A DNA stretch of 64,000 nt from Gordius albopunctatus (lineage: Eukaryota): contig OZ193909.1 of assembly GCA_964276515.1 (NCBI GenBank), positions 4,464,001 to 4,528,000 of the forward strand. The letters are read 5' to 3'. The stretch's first letter is position 1; every line of letters starts with the position of its first letter. Below the pieces are notes generated by a model. That model was not told where the DNA came from, ran no database searches, and saw only the letters and a list, made by a program, of their open reading frames with translations. This document shows positions 50,481 to 64,000 of the stretch, in pieces. The translations under genes were made by a program, and so were the position numbers.

Positions 50481-51069
50481 AGTGACAATTTTATGATGCT
50501 TGATCGCCAACAAAGGAATAAAATCAACAGAAGTACAATCGAGCTAATAACGTAAAAATAGGGAGTGGCATAAGACATCACTAGGGAACATATTTTTAAA
50601 AGTTAACAAATCAACGAAATCTTTGCTAAATTACGATCTGCACTAGTCCAGTGACTACATGGGGGCCACCTGAGTGTCAAATAGATGCAAGTATCAAGAC
50701 AAAATGTATAGTGACCTACTCAGGACGAAGAAGACTTGCTAGGTTAACGAATAATTCCCCAGAGTTGTATTTATACCGCAGTGGTGGCAAAGAAAGCGCC
50801 AGTGCCAGCATAGACACAGACCATGGATTCAAACACATATGGCTGTTATTATAATTGATACCGTAGCGCCGATATCTAAAATAAATTGGCATAAATAACT
50901 TATATATATATATAGAATTAATTTATCCAAAGCATTGATTAGCTTGGGAATTTGCCGGCCTCCGAGCTCGCTCTATGCCAAAGGCATGTTAAATTACATC
51001 AAGTAATGCATTCAGTATGCCGCCTATGGTTTCAGTCATTATGGCTTACTAAAACCCATTTGATTTTTT

Positions 51070-53760
51070 TTCCTATAGTTGTTTGTCACATTTAGTGGTC
51101 AGCTCCTTCAAGTAGGTTCTCCATGTATTCCTGCACTTACACCAGCTTCGCTTTAGCTCGTACCTTCTCAATTCAATATCAATTTTATGCTTCCATGTCA
51201 GTTTAGGCTTCCCTCTCTTTCGCTTACCTTCGACTTGCACTTTCTTGATACGATTTGCCAAGTGACTTTCCTCCCGTCTCTCCAAATGGCCATACCATCT
51301 CAATCTTCTTACCACCAACTTTCTCTGAATCGGAACTACATTCTTATGTTTTCATTCCTTATATGGTCCTTTTTGCTTATTCCCAAGATCCATCTCAACA
51401 TTCGCATCTTCATTGTAGCTAAGCTTTGCTCCTCTTTTGCCTTAATTGCCCAGGTTTTCGCTCTATATAATACCGTGGGTACAATAACGGTGTTATATAA
51501 GCGTCCTTTCAATTTGAGTGGTATGTGCTTGTCACATAGGACACCACTCAATTCCCTGAATTTTAGCCAGCCTGCGTTTATTCTTGCCTTAATTTCGTTT
51601 TCCACACCTCCATCACATTTTACCCTAGAACCAAGATATTTGAATTCTTTCCTGCTGCTTAAACACCAGTCATCGATTTGCAAGTGTGTTTCTTTGTATT
51701 CATTCCCCGACTCCAAGCATACATATTCTGTTTTATCTCGGTTGACCCTAAGGCCTTTGCTTTAAATTCGTTCCATCCACACTTTTACCTGCTCTGCTAA
51801 ATCCACGTTTGAGCCTGCGCACGACGATATCATCCGCAAAGAGCATTGCCCAAGGTGATTCGCGTTTCAGGTTCTTCGTTATCGAATCCATTATTGTTAT
51901 GAAGAGCAATGGACTTAGGACCGATCCTTGATGCACACCGACATTTAGACTGAATCCCTTTGATGTACCACTGGATGTCCGTATTTGGTTTGTGCGTTTC
52001 TATACATACCCTTTATTAACATTATATAAGCCTCGGGTACACCATTGGAACTCAAGCTATCCCATATCAACTGCCTTGGAACTTTATCGAAAGCTTTCTC
52101 AAGATCGATGAAACACATATGAAGATCCTTCTGTTTTTCCTTATATACTTCCATAAGTCTCCTAAGACCATGTATTGCATCTGAAGTCGACTTTCCAGGC
52201 ATGAATCCAATTTGTCGTTCATCTATTGATATTATTTTTCGGAGTCTAGCTTCTATAACCTTTTCCCACGCCTTGATTAGTGACTCGTTAACTTTATCCC
52301 TCGATAGTTGTTGCATTCTTGTACATCTCCCTTCATTTTATAGATAGGTATATCATAGCTTTCCCTCCACTCATCCGGCATCATACCACTTGCAAACAGC
52401 TTTGCAAGTAGATGTACACCTAAGGGTCCTAGCATTTTAAAAGCTTCCATAGATATATTATCAGGTCCCACCGCTCTACCCATGGTCATCTTTTTAAGCA
52501 CCTGGTCAACCTCTTCTTCTGTCACTTCTAACTCTGGGTCATATTCATAGTTCTTGCTTTCGCAGTGGTCCGAAAACCCATTTTCATTGTTTAATAATTC
52601 TTTATAATATTCTTCCCAACGATCTATGATCTCATGGTCCAGAGTTAGAGTGGTGCCATCTTTGCTCTTTATGGTTTTCACGTTTACCACATCCTTTGAG
52701 TCTTGCCCTGGTGTTTGCGATTTTGTAGATCATTCTTTCCCCTTCTTTACTGGTTAACTTGGCATTCAAATTCTCGTAGACCTCTGTTTTAGCCTTGGCT
52801 ACACAACGTTTTGCCTCATTTTTTGCTTTCCCATATGCCAATCGTGTTTCCTCATTTCTGTTGCCTGACCATAATTTGTAAAGCTTTCTTTTCAACTTGA
52901 CCAGGCGTTGCACGTCTTCGTTCCACCACTATGTCTCCTTATCTTTTTGTATACCTGGTTTACCTTCTCCTAGAACACATCTCGCTACTGATCGTACCGT
53001 GTCAGCTATGTTATTTCACATATCGTTAGCATTCTGATGATCATCTATTTGCAGCCTTTCACCTATTTGGTCATTGTAAATATCTTTCAATTTTGGTAGC
53101 CGGAACCATTTGATTTTCCCATTTAATCTCTTCGGCTTTTGTGTTTTCGCCTTGGAGATGGTATAGTCCATCACAACAAGTCTATGCTGGGCTGCAATAG
53201 CCTCACCTGGTATCACCTTACAATCTCGTACATTCTTTAATTCCTTTCTTGATATTAGGAGGAAGTCAATCTGCGAAGATTGATTTCCACTTTTGTACGT
53301 TATTAGGTGATTTACATTCTTTTTGAAGAAGGTATTTGTGATGGCCAAATCAAATGTAACGGCTATTTTTAATATTTCATCGCCTTCATCGTTTCTCGCT
53401 CCCTAGCCATTTCCACCATGGTACCGTTCGAATCCTTCTCTTGTTCTCCAATTATAACTAGTATGATTCGCAGCATTTCGCCTAATTCTTCCCGAAATTC
53501 CTCCTTTTCTTCATCTGTGCATCCTGTTTGCGGAGCATATCCGGAAACTACATTCAATAGTTTCAACATCATGATTCGCCCACTTTTTCTTTGTACCTCA
53601 ATGACTTTATCTTGCAGATGGAAAGCTAATATGATTGCCACGCCATTTTTATTCGTTTCTAGGCCATTGAAGGAAAGTTTACAGCCTTCACCTATCATCC
53701 TTGCTTTTGCGCCTTTCCATCTTGTTTCCTGTATACACGCTAATCAACCCGTCGTTTGCT
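51070..53760 (-). mobile_element. Degenerate RTE-clade LINE, second family (APE plus RT)
   Basis: [97 protein letters not shown]; split by frameshifts and stops. Confidence 0.93.
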
Positions 53761-54183
53761 GAGGGTGTCAGCAACTTATCGATAAACAGGACGTTTTAAC
53801 TAAAAGTATTCATTAGAATCACTTCTTCTTTTGGTAATAATAAAGTATGCTTTAACCCCTACAAGTATATATTGGCTTTAGAGATTTAATGGCGAATAAT
53901 GGAAAAAAGTCAGAGATATATTATCGCGTTTAGGTGAAATTATCTTTATCTAGGTAATTAATATCAACAAGAATTGTACACAAATATTATTTTAAGTGTA
54001 TACATAACCTTAATAAACGCTTGCGGCTTTACTTTTCTACATCAATTGTTTAAACTTTAAACATAAACTTACTCCCAGCTTTAGTAACTTTTAATGATTA
54101 TCAATAGAAAATCATTTTTATATTAATAGTAACACATTTAAGTATAAGCAAAATATTAGACAATTTTCTACATCTGTATAAAC

Positions 54184-54189
54184 TTTATT
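54184..54189 (-). promoter_or_regulatory. Candidate polyadenylation signal of gene C
   Basis: AATAAA on the minus strand 14 nt after the gene C stop codon. The hexamer is common in AT-rich DNA. Confidence 0.4.
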
Positions 54190-54202
54190 GCTTAAAATAT
54201 AG

Positions 54203-57200
54203 TCATTTAATCAAATGATTAAGGATCCATTTCTGTTGTTTGCTCTCCGAATCACAGGGTAACAATCGAATGAAATGTTGATTTTTTTCCTCATTTAACA
54301 TTCCGGTCCAACACAATGCCATATCCCTATTTGACCTCATGGTTTGATCCTGAATGCAGTGAACAAAATTAATGGTCCCTTAGAAGTTTTTAGATTAAAA
54401 ACTATTCCAATCTTCAGGATTTTGGAGTTTAATTATAAAAATAATTGGGTTAATAAAACCCAAAACGTGGGCAAAGTTTTTAATACTTACCAACATTTAA
54501 TAGTGACTTTTTTATACATTACCGTTTCTATATAAGTCCATGCTTGATAAGGTGAATTCGCTTGACAACTTTTTAGAATAATTTGGTAATTTAGTGTGTT
54601 GAGAGTTAGGCAAAGGCCATTGTTTGCAATTGTCGTATTATTTTCGTAAGCAAATGTCTGTTTTCAAAATCAAATATAGCGTTGTAAACTTTTCTAATCA
54701 CAGCCATAAAGTAGCCTCGGACGAGTTTCCTTCCAAATAGGCGCTTACAATTTAATTACGGCAAACCTAATTTTCTTTTTCAACTCTTGTAGACACATTT
54801 TTTAAGTATTGTCCTATACATGTTGTCATTTTGAAATACCAATGTACGCGCCAAAAGAAATAGTTTGAAGTTTTAGAGGTAAAATATAATATTCTAAAAT
54901 TTAGAAAGCAACTATCTTATAATCCATTTATAAAAGGAGAATTATTATATATATATCATTAAATATTAGTTGGCTCAATTGCCACGTGCAAAAATAGTCT
55001 TAGTAATCACATACTTGATAAAATCCACGATGGCATTTAGTTAGCGCAGAAAGATGGTTTTTGGATCGACCCATTGTATCCAAGCATAAATTAGTATTCC
55101 CATCTTTGATCTGAAAAATTTGATTCAAATGTTCTTAAAAGATACAAGAGTTATACATTTTCTAAGGCATTAATAAACATATAAAGTAACTTGTATAAAC
55201 GGTGACAAATTTGGAGAAAATATATATATATTACTTGAATAACGGTCGACAAATCTTGGGGTATATAGGCTTCGGGAAAAATATTTTTTAAAAACCACTT
55301 AAATGATTTACATCGCAGATTTTTTTTCAACTCGATACGATCTGTAAAGTTTCCTGCTTCATAATTTAGGGCACCTTGAATAAATTGTATTGACATTTAA
55401 ATTAGTTTGTGAAAGAACAAAAAACCGCTGAATAATTGTAATATTTACTAGTAGACATAGAATGAAGGGCACTGATCTAAGGAGCGAGAATTATGAGACC
55501 TGTTTATAAACAAAAAGGCTCCCAAAATAAGGAGATGCGTTACACTTAAAATATTTGAGCGTAAAACACATTAGATGTCAGCCTCGGCACTTTGATTTGA
55601 ACAGTCCTATGACTACTAAAATAATAAAGAATATAATATCATTGCATAGGAAAGCTATGCAATTTATAAAACATGTTTACTTAGTTAAAATAGCGCCTTA
55701 GTTTTTAATGACTTACATGGGCGTAGCCAGAATTGGGATTAGAGGGGGGGGCATTATTGATTTAGGGAGGGGCAAAATAAACATTTTTTGAAATTTTAGC
55801 CATAATTTTAATAAATTTCAGGATTTAGAGGGGGCGGCGGCCCCATCCTGCTCCCCCTCCCCCTTGGCTGCGCCTATGATGACTTATGAAAAAATAAATA
55901 CCACATGAACATTTATTAAAGACATAACATAAAAGAATAAGTTGCAATATTTTATTAGCTATCTTATTGCTCAAATTTTATTAGAACTTAGCATACTTCT
56001 ATTATTAAAATTAAAATTTTTAATTACTCTTAGGCAATACATGAGTGCCTGGCATGTTTATGAAATAAACCTTGTGAAACTTCGTAGTAAAATGCTTTCC
56101 ATTCATCGAGCCAAACTTCCACAAGTCGCCGTTGATTTTTGTAAATGACATGACTACTACCACCGGGGAAGGTGTAAGGCGAAACGGATCTAAATATGTG
56201 TCCTACATGGGAACAGGGGATAATTTCCAAAGTTCCCCCACACATCCATATCTAATTTTAAAATTATGGGGGAAAAATTATTAAAGAGTTTACACTGAAC
56301 AAATTCGATAGTTTTAATGCCCTAGAGGAAAATAAAATGTAGAGGAAATATTATTCTGACTATGTCAGCCATTGGCGCCAGGGCAGGGGGAAGGGCAGTG
56401 AGTGGCGGGTGCCCCCTCTAAATCCAAGAAATTGTTGAAATTTATTAAAATGATGGCCGAAATTTCAAAAAATGTTCATTTTGCCCCTCCCTAAATTCTT
56501 ATTGCCCCCTACCTATAATTCCAGTGCTGGCAACGCCCATGATGTCAGCTGGCGGAAATTTTGCATATAAGATTAGGCAATTTAACAAAAGTGCGTTGTA
56601 ATGTTGTAATAAAATGTAAAAACTCTAATATAATCTATTGGTGATTCTTCAATTTATAATGATCCTCACTAAATTTGTTAACATCTAGATGGTAGATAGG
56701 TATTGCAACATCAACATTACGTGGAGGAATTGCTTAATAAAATGTTAGGGGGCAATCTATTAATTAGACTCTTCTTTATAAATTCCTTTTGAATTTTCCT
56801 TAAAAGTAGCAACATTAAATAATTTACATGTTCGTACACGAATGGACATTTCGATATTTTCCGCACCCCACACTTCCATTCCCGTATCGTAAGCTCCGAT
56901 CCGATCGAAGTACTCTTTGTCGATAGAAAATAAGCCACCGGCGATAGCGGGAGTTCTATATTTTTAAAAATTATTGGCAAAATAGATTACCACTCCTACG
57001 ATTAATATTATAAGCCCCATTTTAAGCGAGTGTTTTCTGCGATATATGATTGATTTGCTAAGAGAATAATAACATAGGTCATTTGTATGTAACACAATTC
57101 CACCATTTTTGGTAAAATTTTTACATTTGAAAAGAAACGATCTTATAAAAAAGAGTTTAAAACTAAAATTTGATAATACCTCAGGACGTAAATAGGCAAA

Positions 57201-60200
57201 AATGGAAAATTTGTCAGATCATCACAGTAAAAGGGACGAAAATTACTTAAGGTCCAATAAAGTAGTATTAATTATAATTGTCTTAAGTCAATTAATGTAA
57301 ATAATCTAATGACAATATTGTGTTATATGTATTGGAAAATTATATAAAATAATAAATTTTTCCCCTTTATTTTCTACTAATATTCGGAGACTTTGTTATG
57401 GAAAATCAAATTAAACTTTATGTTAAATATTCAACGTTTTAATGTAAATTTTTGAAAAGATTTACAAAGCATCCCTAAAAAAATTAGATTTTTTAAACTA
57501 TATAATTTTTTAGAAGGTATAACTTTTACATTTTTTGGATATAGCTTAAATCTATCTAAGGTATTTATTTCTTATACGGCAAAATTTGCAATAAAATAAT
57601 AAAATAATACATTTCGTTTAATTTAATTTTTTAAAATGATTAATTATAAAATTACTAATAAAATAAAATAGTCCTAAGTGTTATTATATTTTCTAAAAAT
57701 CTACCTAATAGGTAATGTATCGTCGCCTTTTCTTCTTTCCATCTCACGTTCTGGACAATCATACCAGTGAAAAACGAGGGCCCAATCGAACCCTCCAATT
57801 TTAGTATCCGAAGCACCAACGTATGCAAAATCGTGTGCCTCTATTATATCAATCACCGGAGAAACAACGTGGCTCCTGAGTCAAAACATTTAATTTGACA
57901 CTTAAATGCTGATGTTTAACAAAACTTATTTAATTTTGTGGGAATATGTGCCCCAAGTCCGTGTGGAAAAAGTGGAGGGTTGGCGTCAGGTCGGAAGCCG
58001 GCTGTAAAAAGCAACTCCAAACACCATGGCAGCTACAAATACGAACTTATACCAGAATTCTAGGGCGTCCTCCCCAAACGACGCGCATTGCATCATCCGC
58101 CCGTGCAATGTGAAAAATATACAAGGGTCACCGCCTCACTCACAACGAAGGCGGTTAAGGAACCTAGTTGTCGAACGGACAAGAGTGGCTAGCTGGAATG
58201 TGGGCACGCTGACGGGGAAGAGCATCGAGGTTGCGCAGATGCTAAAAAGGCGAAGGATACACATAGCGTGTCTACAAGAAACGCGGTGGCATGGAACAAA
58301 AGCCAGGGAGCTACTAGATGGTTACAAGCTATACTACTCGGGTTCCCCATCACGGAAGAACGGGGTCGGTATAGTGCTTAGCGATTCCTTTAAGGACAAG
58401 GTAGTCGAAGTCAAACGATGCTCAGATAGATTGATGTGCATAAAGCTGGCGGATCAAGGCGGCCTTGTCAATGTTATTTGTGCGTTCGCCCCAGGTTGGA
58501 TGTTCCGAAAATGAGAAGGACGAATTCTATGAGAAGCTCGAAAAAGAAATACGCTACGTGAAGCCTGACGAGAATCTCATCATCGGAGCAGACTTTAATG
58601 GGAACGTTGGGAAAGAAAGGGGCGTGTATGAACGAAATCACGGCGGGCATGGCTATGGGGTGAAAAATAAAGAGGGAGAGAAGTTACTACAGATGGCGCG
58701 AGCTTACGATATGGCCATTGTGAATACCTTCTTTCAGAAGCGTACCGAACATTTAGCGACGTACAGTAGTGGGGATCACCTTACACAGGTCGACTACATA
58801 TTAGTGAAGCGCAAAAATTTGTGGCAAGTTAAAGATTGCAAGGTTATACCGGGGGAAGAAATCGCCAAACAACATCGGCCAGTTGTCCTCGATATAGCAA
58901 GAAAGATTTTTCCTGTAAGGAGAAAAGTCTACACACCAAGGACAAAGTACGAAAAGGTTAAGGATGATCGTGCAAATGAAATGTTTCACGCTCGAGCAAC
59001 TCCGCTCTTGAAGGTTAAAGGTGTGGCACCATTGCAAATGTTCTAAAGGAAACGGCCTTTCAAATATTGGGACGAACTAAGGGCGGCAGAGCTCACAAGC
59101 GTGAACTATGGTGGTGGAATGACTCGGTCAAAGAGGTTATAGAAGAAAAGAAGGAGTTGTACCTACGATGGTACAAAACGAAGAAAGGAGAAGACTACGA
59201 GGCATATCGTGAAGCGAAACGCAAAGCTAAGATAGCGGTCGCGATAGCGAAGAACGAGGCTTACACCGAGATGGCAAAAAAGCTCGATACCAAGGGCGGC
59301 GACATAGTCATGTATAAACTCGCAAAGATCAGGGAGAAAAAAAGTCGAGATGTCGGGACACTTAAAGTCATTAAAAGCGAAGAGGGACGAACGTTGTGCA
59401 AACCGAAGGAAGTCATCAAAAGATGGAAAGATTATTTCCAAAATATGATGAACAAAACGAATGATAGAAGACCGCTAGAGAGAGTGGAACCGAACTCGAA
59501 CTTGGTTTTACCATTCAGGCTTATGAAGTAGGAGCGCAACTAACGAAGATGCGGAAAGGGAAAGCGCTAGGTCTCGATGATTTACCGATCGAAGCTTGGC
59601 TTGGGTGCAAAGGAGAAGGAATCGACATAATGACAGGCCTATTTAACGCTATGCTGTATGAGAGTCGTATCCCTGACCAATGGAGGGAAAGTACGATCAT
59701 ACCCATATACAAAGGTAAAGGAGACGCGCAGGAATGTGGCAACTTTAGAGGTATCAAGTTGACCTGCCACTCACTAAAACTACTAGAAAGGGTGCTAGTG
59801 AAAAGGCTCAATGACGAAGTTTGTCTCTCGCCCAATCAGTTTGGATTTGTGGCCGGTAAATCAACGATGGACCCAATCTTTGCGTTGAAGCAGACGATGG
59901 AAAAATATGGCGACATAAAAAAGAACTTACACATGGTCTTCATCGATTTAGAAAAGGACTACGATACGGTTCCGAGAGACTTAATATGGTGGTCCTTTAG
60001 AGCCAGAAATATACCCGAAGGATATGTTCGACTTATCAAGGAAATGTAGAATGGCGCGGTTGCATCTGTTAGGACTACCGTAGGAGTAACGAAACCCTTC
60101 CGAATAATGATCGGACTACATCAAGGATCAGCGTTAAGCCCATTCTTGTTTAATCTAATTATGGATACAATAACAAAGGACTTGCACAAGCCAGCTCCTT

Positions 60201-62835
60201 GGACTATGCTATATGCCGACGATATTGTCCTATGCAATGAAACAAGAGAAGGGGTTTTTCCTCAGGCGAAAAAATGGTCAGAACGTTTTTCGGAATTCGG
60301 GTTAAAGGTCAGCGAGAAGAAAACGGTTTACATGCAAACGATGGGCGGTAGTCCGCAAATGCACAAAAATGACGGTCCAATGTACACGGAGGTTGATAAG
60401 TTCACATATCTTGGCTCGCTATTACATCAAGAGGGAGGATGTACCGCCGAAGTTTATTCTCGGATCAAGAAAGAATGGCTCAAGTGGCGCAGCATCTCCG
60501 GTGTCATGTGTGACAAAAAGATACCAATTTGGTTGAAAAGCAAGGCGTACAAAACCATCGTGCGACCGGTCTTGCTTTACGGGAGCGAAACATGGGCTGT
60601 AACCACCGCGGAGGAGAAACTCTTGCAAGTCATGGAAATGAGAATGGTGCGATGGAGCTCCAAGAGACGAAGACGATGTCACACGCCGAACGCTGGAGAT
60701 GGACGTGCCTGGAAAAAGAGGAAGGGGCAGACCACGTGCCACCTGGAAACGACTGGTCGAAAAGGATATGGACGTCAAACAGATGGAAATTGGCATGGCA
60801 TTTACGCGACTCAGATGGAAGAGGCTGCTGAAAACGTACCCCACGTCTGTGGGATTTTCAACACGATAAAGAAGAAATGTAGTCAATTCCCATGTAAGTC
60901 ATTTGTTTGTTATAAGAACCGAACCGCTGGATTACCATATAATCAATAACTACATTTTCAAATAAGCATCACAAATATAGGGCACACCACTCCTATATTT
61001 TTTTTGTTAAGGCCAACTATATTTTAACGACCATATAATCGAATCGATTTTCTTATAATAAATAACATATGGCTTTTAGATTTCTAAATTTATAATTTTA
61101 CAACTACCTGCATTCATTATAGTTCCTTATAATCGCAAAATTAAAAAAAAACTGAGCGTTATTAATTTGAAAACTTAAATCCTAATGACAAATTGACGGT
61201 ACTTTTTAAAGAAAAAAATTTCTAAATGAGAATGTGCACTTGTCTTTATGGATTTCGGCTAATAAAGGTTCTAGCCAGCCAATGTTGACTTCGCAATGAG
61301 CATCCAAAAAGGTTAAAACCGGACCTTGGGCTTTACTAGCTCCAGCTACTCTTGCTTTAATCAATCCTGATCTCTCTGGCATCCTCAAAACCACAATTTT
61401 GACTCTGTCCTCTAACGTCCGCAAATAATCGTCCAGTGGTCGTTTTAAATAATCTTTTAAAATGATAGCATTTATCTCATGTAAAACTATAAGCTATTTA
61501 AGAATTTTCCCTAAATATATTGTTAATTACAAAACATTTTTGTGGCATTTATGGCACGATATGCAATGTTTAGATCAATCTTTATCCAATTAGCTACAAT
61601 AGGATTAAACTATAGTTGATTATTTCTTTAATATTAATTTATGGATTAAGATAAAATTGTCATCTTATAAGGAGTAAAACTGAATCGAAATTATGATTTC
61701 TTAAGTTTTGGAACATTTTTAATAAAACCTCTATCGCTAAAATCATCAACTAAAATGATTTCGACCAAGAGCTCCTCAGGGGTCCTATTTATGATGCTGT
61801 GGACGTTACGGAGCAGAGTAGTCCAAGCTTCATTGTGATAGACAATTATTATACTGGTCGCAGGCAAATCCCATTCATATTCCTTCCGAGCACATCTAAA
61901 TTCAAAATTAAAAAAATAAAACATTGATTTTAATATTTTGGCGGCTATACTAAAAAATATGACTTGTTCTTATTACAAAAAAATTTAGAAATAATATTTT
62001 GGCACGCATGAGAAGCGATTTATAAATTATATTCTGCAGAAATAATTTTAATTAATCGATCACTTTGTGCCTCAAGTTATATCAGACATAAAAAATTTTA
62101 ATGGAATTTTGTCAAAAAAATTATTAAAATGATATAAAAAATTTCACGACTAAAAAACTATAAAAACGCGCTAAAACTAAACAGATGCCATTGTTCTGTG
62201 TATGGAAATCGTGTTGGATTTAACGATTTCCATTGTGATCTTTTGCCTGATAAAAATAATTGTCCCGAACCTATTACTAAGTATGCCAAACCTTTGTAGT
62301 TGACCTTGTGACTTTTTGTAATAAATTTTTACACTAAAAATATTTTTATATAATCAAAATTAAAATAATTTTAAAGCACATCCGATTTTTCGCCCATGTA
62401 AAAATTATATAAATTTAATTAGGTATATCTTGTAGGCCTCACTTATGTGTCGGGTATTTTTACAGTAAATAGAAAAGAATGCCCGTTCTCCGTTATTTTA
62501 AAGGATCTATAATAAATGCGCATAATCGAAAAATTTCATACTAACTTTAAATTAACTTAAAATATGGGAATCGAAAATCCACATCCTTACAAATTAAATT
62601 GCGAATAACAAAATTTTTTCTAAATGTTGACAGCAGATATTATGGTTAAATTGAGCAGCGCCTGCTTACAAAGGATTCCGGGTGTCCCGGATCGAACGAT
62701 TGAGTGCAATCAATTCGCTTACGTACACATCGAATTCGTTTTCCTTGAATCGCTCTTGGCGGGCCTCTTCATACTTTTTTGACAGCAAAACCGGTCTGCC
62801 CATCTCACCGTCTCCTTCTATAAACTTGCTTTTGC
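54203..62835 (-). CDS. GALNT1-like: Polypeptide N-acetylgalactosaminyltransferase paralogue C, multi-exon, first (TM) exon not found in window
   Basis: Minus-strand exons: 62835-62670, 61895-61729, 61453-61240 (FLDAHCE), 57875-57705, 56955-56838 (WGAEN), 56251-56071 (CSHVGHIFR), 55374-55235, 55110-55015, 54657-54523, 54349-54203 (TGA). The first eight exon lengths (166/167/214/171/118/181/140/96) equal those of gene B. Confidence 0.93.
55716..55878. mobile_element. hAT-type MITE (CATGGGCGTAGCCAG family)
   Basis: TSD ATGACTTA (55708-55715 and 55879-55886). Relatives near 1420-1706, 3742-3898, 26828-27001, 29367-29480 and 42341-42520. Confidence 0.85.
56370..56541. mobile_element. hAT-type MITE of the same family, opposite orientation
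   Basis: TSD ATGTCAGC (56362-56369 and 56542-56549); ends CATTGGCG and CGCCCATG. Confidence 0.85.
57952..60877 (+). mobile_element. Near-full-length RTE-clade LINE (APE plus RT), mildly disabled, antisense within a gene C intron
   Basis: ATG at 58026; [58 protein letters not shown]. Frameshifts near 58490, 59040 and 59520, an in-frame TAG at 60047 and a deletion near 60660. AAGAAGAA tail. Confidence 0.95.
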
Positions 62836-62923
62836 CTATAAACAATTTAATGATACAAACTCGATTGGGGTTTGAAAGAGAAAAAATTTACAATACCGTT
62901 ATATGTACATGTAAACGACTTCT

Positions 62924-63190
62924 GTGCAAAATATAATATGTGCAAAATCTAATATAGGCAAGGGTTAGGGTTAGTTTTAGTGATTTATTTGATAATATGT
63001 ATTTATTTATAAAATAGTATTATACATTTTGATATAACTTTTGTTTTAATTAACAATTATAGTATCCTTTTATTACGTAGTTTTTTTAGCACATATTACA
63101 TGCGTATTAATATGTGTGAAAACCGGTCTCAATTTCTAAAATGCGAATATTACATTATTAGATTTTGCACATATTACATTTTGCACCAGA
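62924..63190. mobile_element. Small MITE-like inverted-repeat element
   Basis: GTGCAAAATATAATATGTGCAAAATCTAAT is the inverse of ATTAGATTTTGCACATATTACATTTTGCAC. Confidence 0.65.
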
Positions 63191-64000
63191 TTCCATGTAA
63201 ACTTGGTGCATTTTCTAAAATGCATACTATCGACCTAAAGATAAGTATCAGTTCAGTGAGGTGGGAAAGGATAGAGGATTCCGGTTAAAATATGGGAAAA
63301 TTTAATGACATTAAACCCTAGAAATTATTTATTCCTTAATTAGTTTGGAATTTAATCTTAGATGAAACCTACTAATTTTAAGATTCATTACACAAGATTT
63401 TTTAGAAATGTCTTTGAGGTTCATGTTAGTGGTGGAGGTCAAGGCTAGGTTTTTCGAAAAAAACACGTATGATTCATTTTTAAATTTTAAGGCTAAATAA
63501 GAATCACTAATAAAATTTTGTACTAATTTCATGTGAAAAGTGTTGAAATAATTTTTTTATGTATACATTATGTATATCATCAACGAAACATTTTGTGTTA
63601 TATTGCTTAGTCTATGGTGGGTGTAAAGATTTTTTTATGCAATTTTGTATATTCATCATTATTTATTAACATTTAAAAATTACATTGTCGAACCAAACGT
63701 TATTCTATTTTATAATTATATTTCTTTTAGAGTAACAAATTAATTTGTTAATTTTACATACACCTTTTGACGAAATGTTAAATTGTAAACTAAGTGTGCA
63801 ATAATTTAAAAGGTGTTATAACAGTGTAAAATTTTTTAAACAACTCTTACCGCCAGGAATAATGCGTACCTTGCGATTTTGAATGGCGACATTTTTGTAT
63901 TCTGCCAATAATTTACACGTATATAGGGTAAACAAAACATTCAAATGCTTTATCAGTTTCTTTTTTTATAAAAATAGGAAATAAACTAGGTTTTGTCCGA

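Noticed and set aside
51187..51765. 192-aa plus-strand ORF (also the minus-strand ORFs at 59521-59835 and 60422-60886)
   Set aside because: Antisense to RTE reverse-transcriptase coding sequence.
62961..62974. Interstitial telomeric TTAGGG repeats (also CCCTAA near 25760)
   Set aside because: Only about two units, located inside MITE-like sequence.

Overview
AT-rich eukaryotic (invertebrate-type animal) genomic DNA; the organism cannot be named from the sequence. The window holds three intron-rich polypeptide N-acetylgalactosaminyltransferase paralogues (GT27, GALNT1/13/pgant5-like), reconstructed by hand from GT-AG exons of matching size and phase. Gene A (+, 1941..8370) lacks its 5' exons, which lie upstream of the window. 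Gene B (+, 21781..48075) is complete at about 600-615 aa. Gene C (-, 62835..54203) lacks its 5' exon and converges on B. Introns and spacers are packed with transposons: hAT elements and MITEs with 8-bp TSDs, RTE LINEs of two families, CRE-like RLE retrotransposon remnants, a Helitron/DINE-like element, and a stop-free but truncated gag+RT element of DIRS/hepadnavirus-like type. Most noteworthy are: that RT element and its start-less overlapping frame; a TIR-associated tandem array of tRNA-like B-box units; a mirror-image CRE/RTE composite inside one intron; a 160-bp-arm intronic hairpin; degenerate splice signals; and diverged catalytic and lectin motifs in paralogues B and C. All calls come from reading the sequence; no searches were run.
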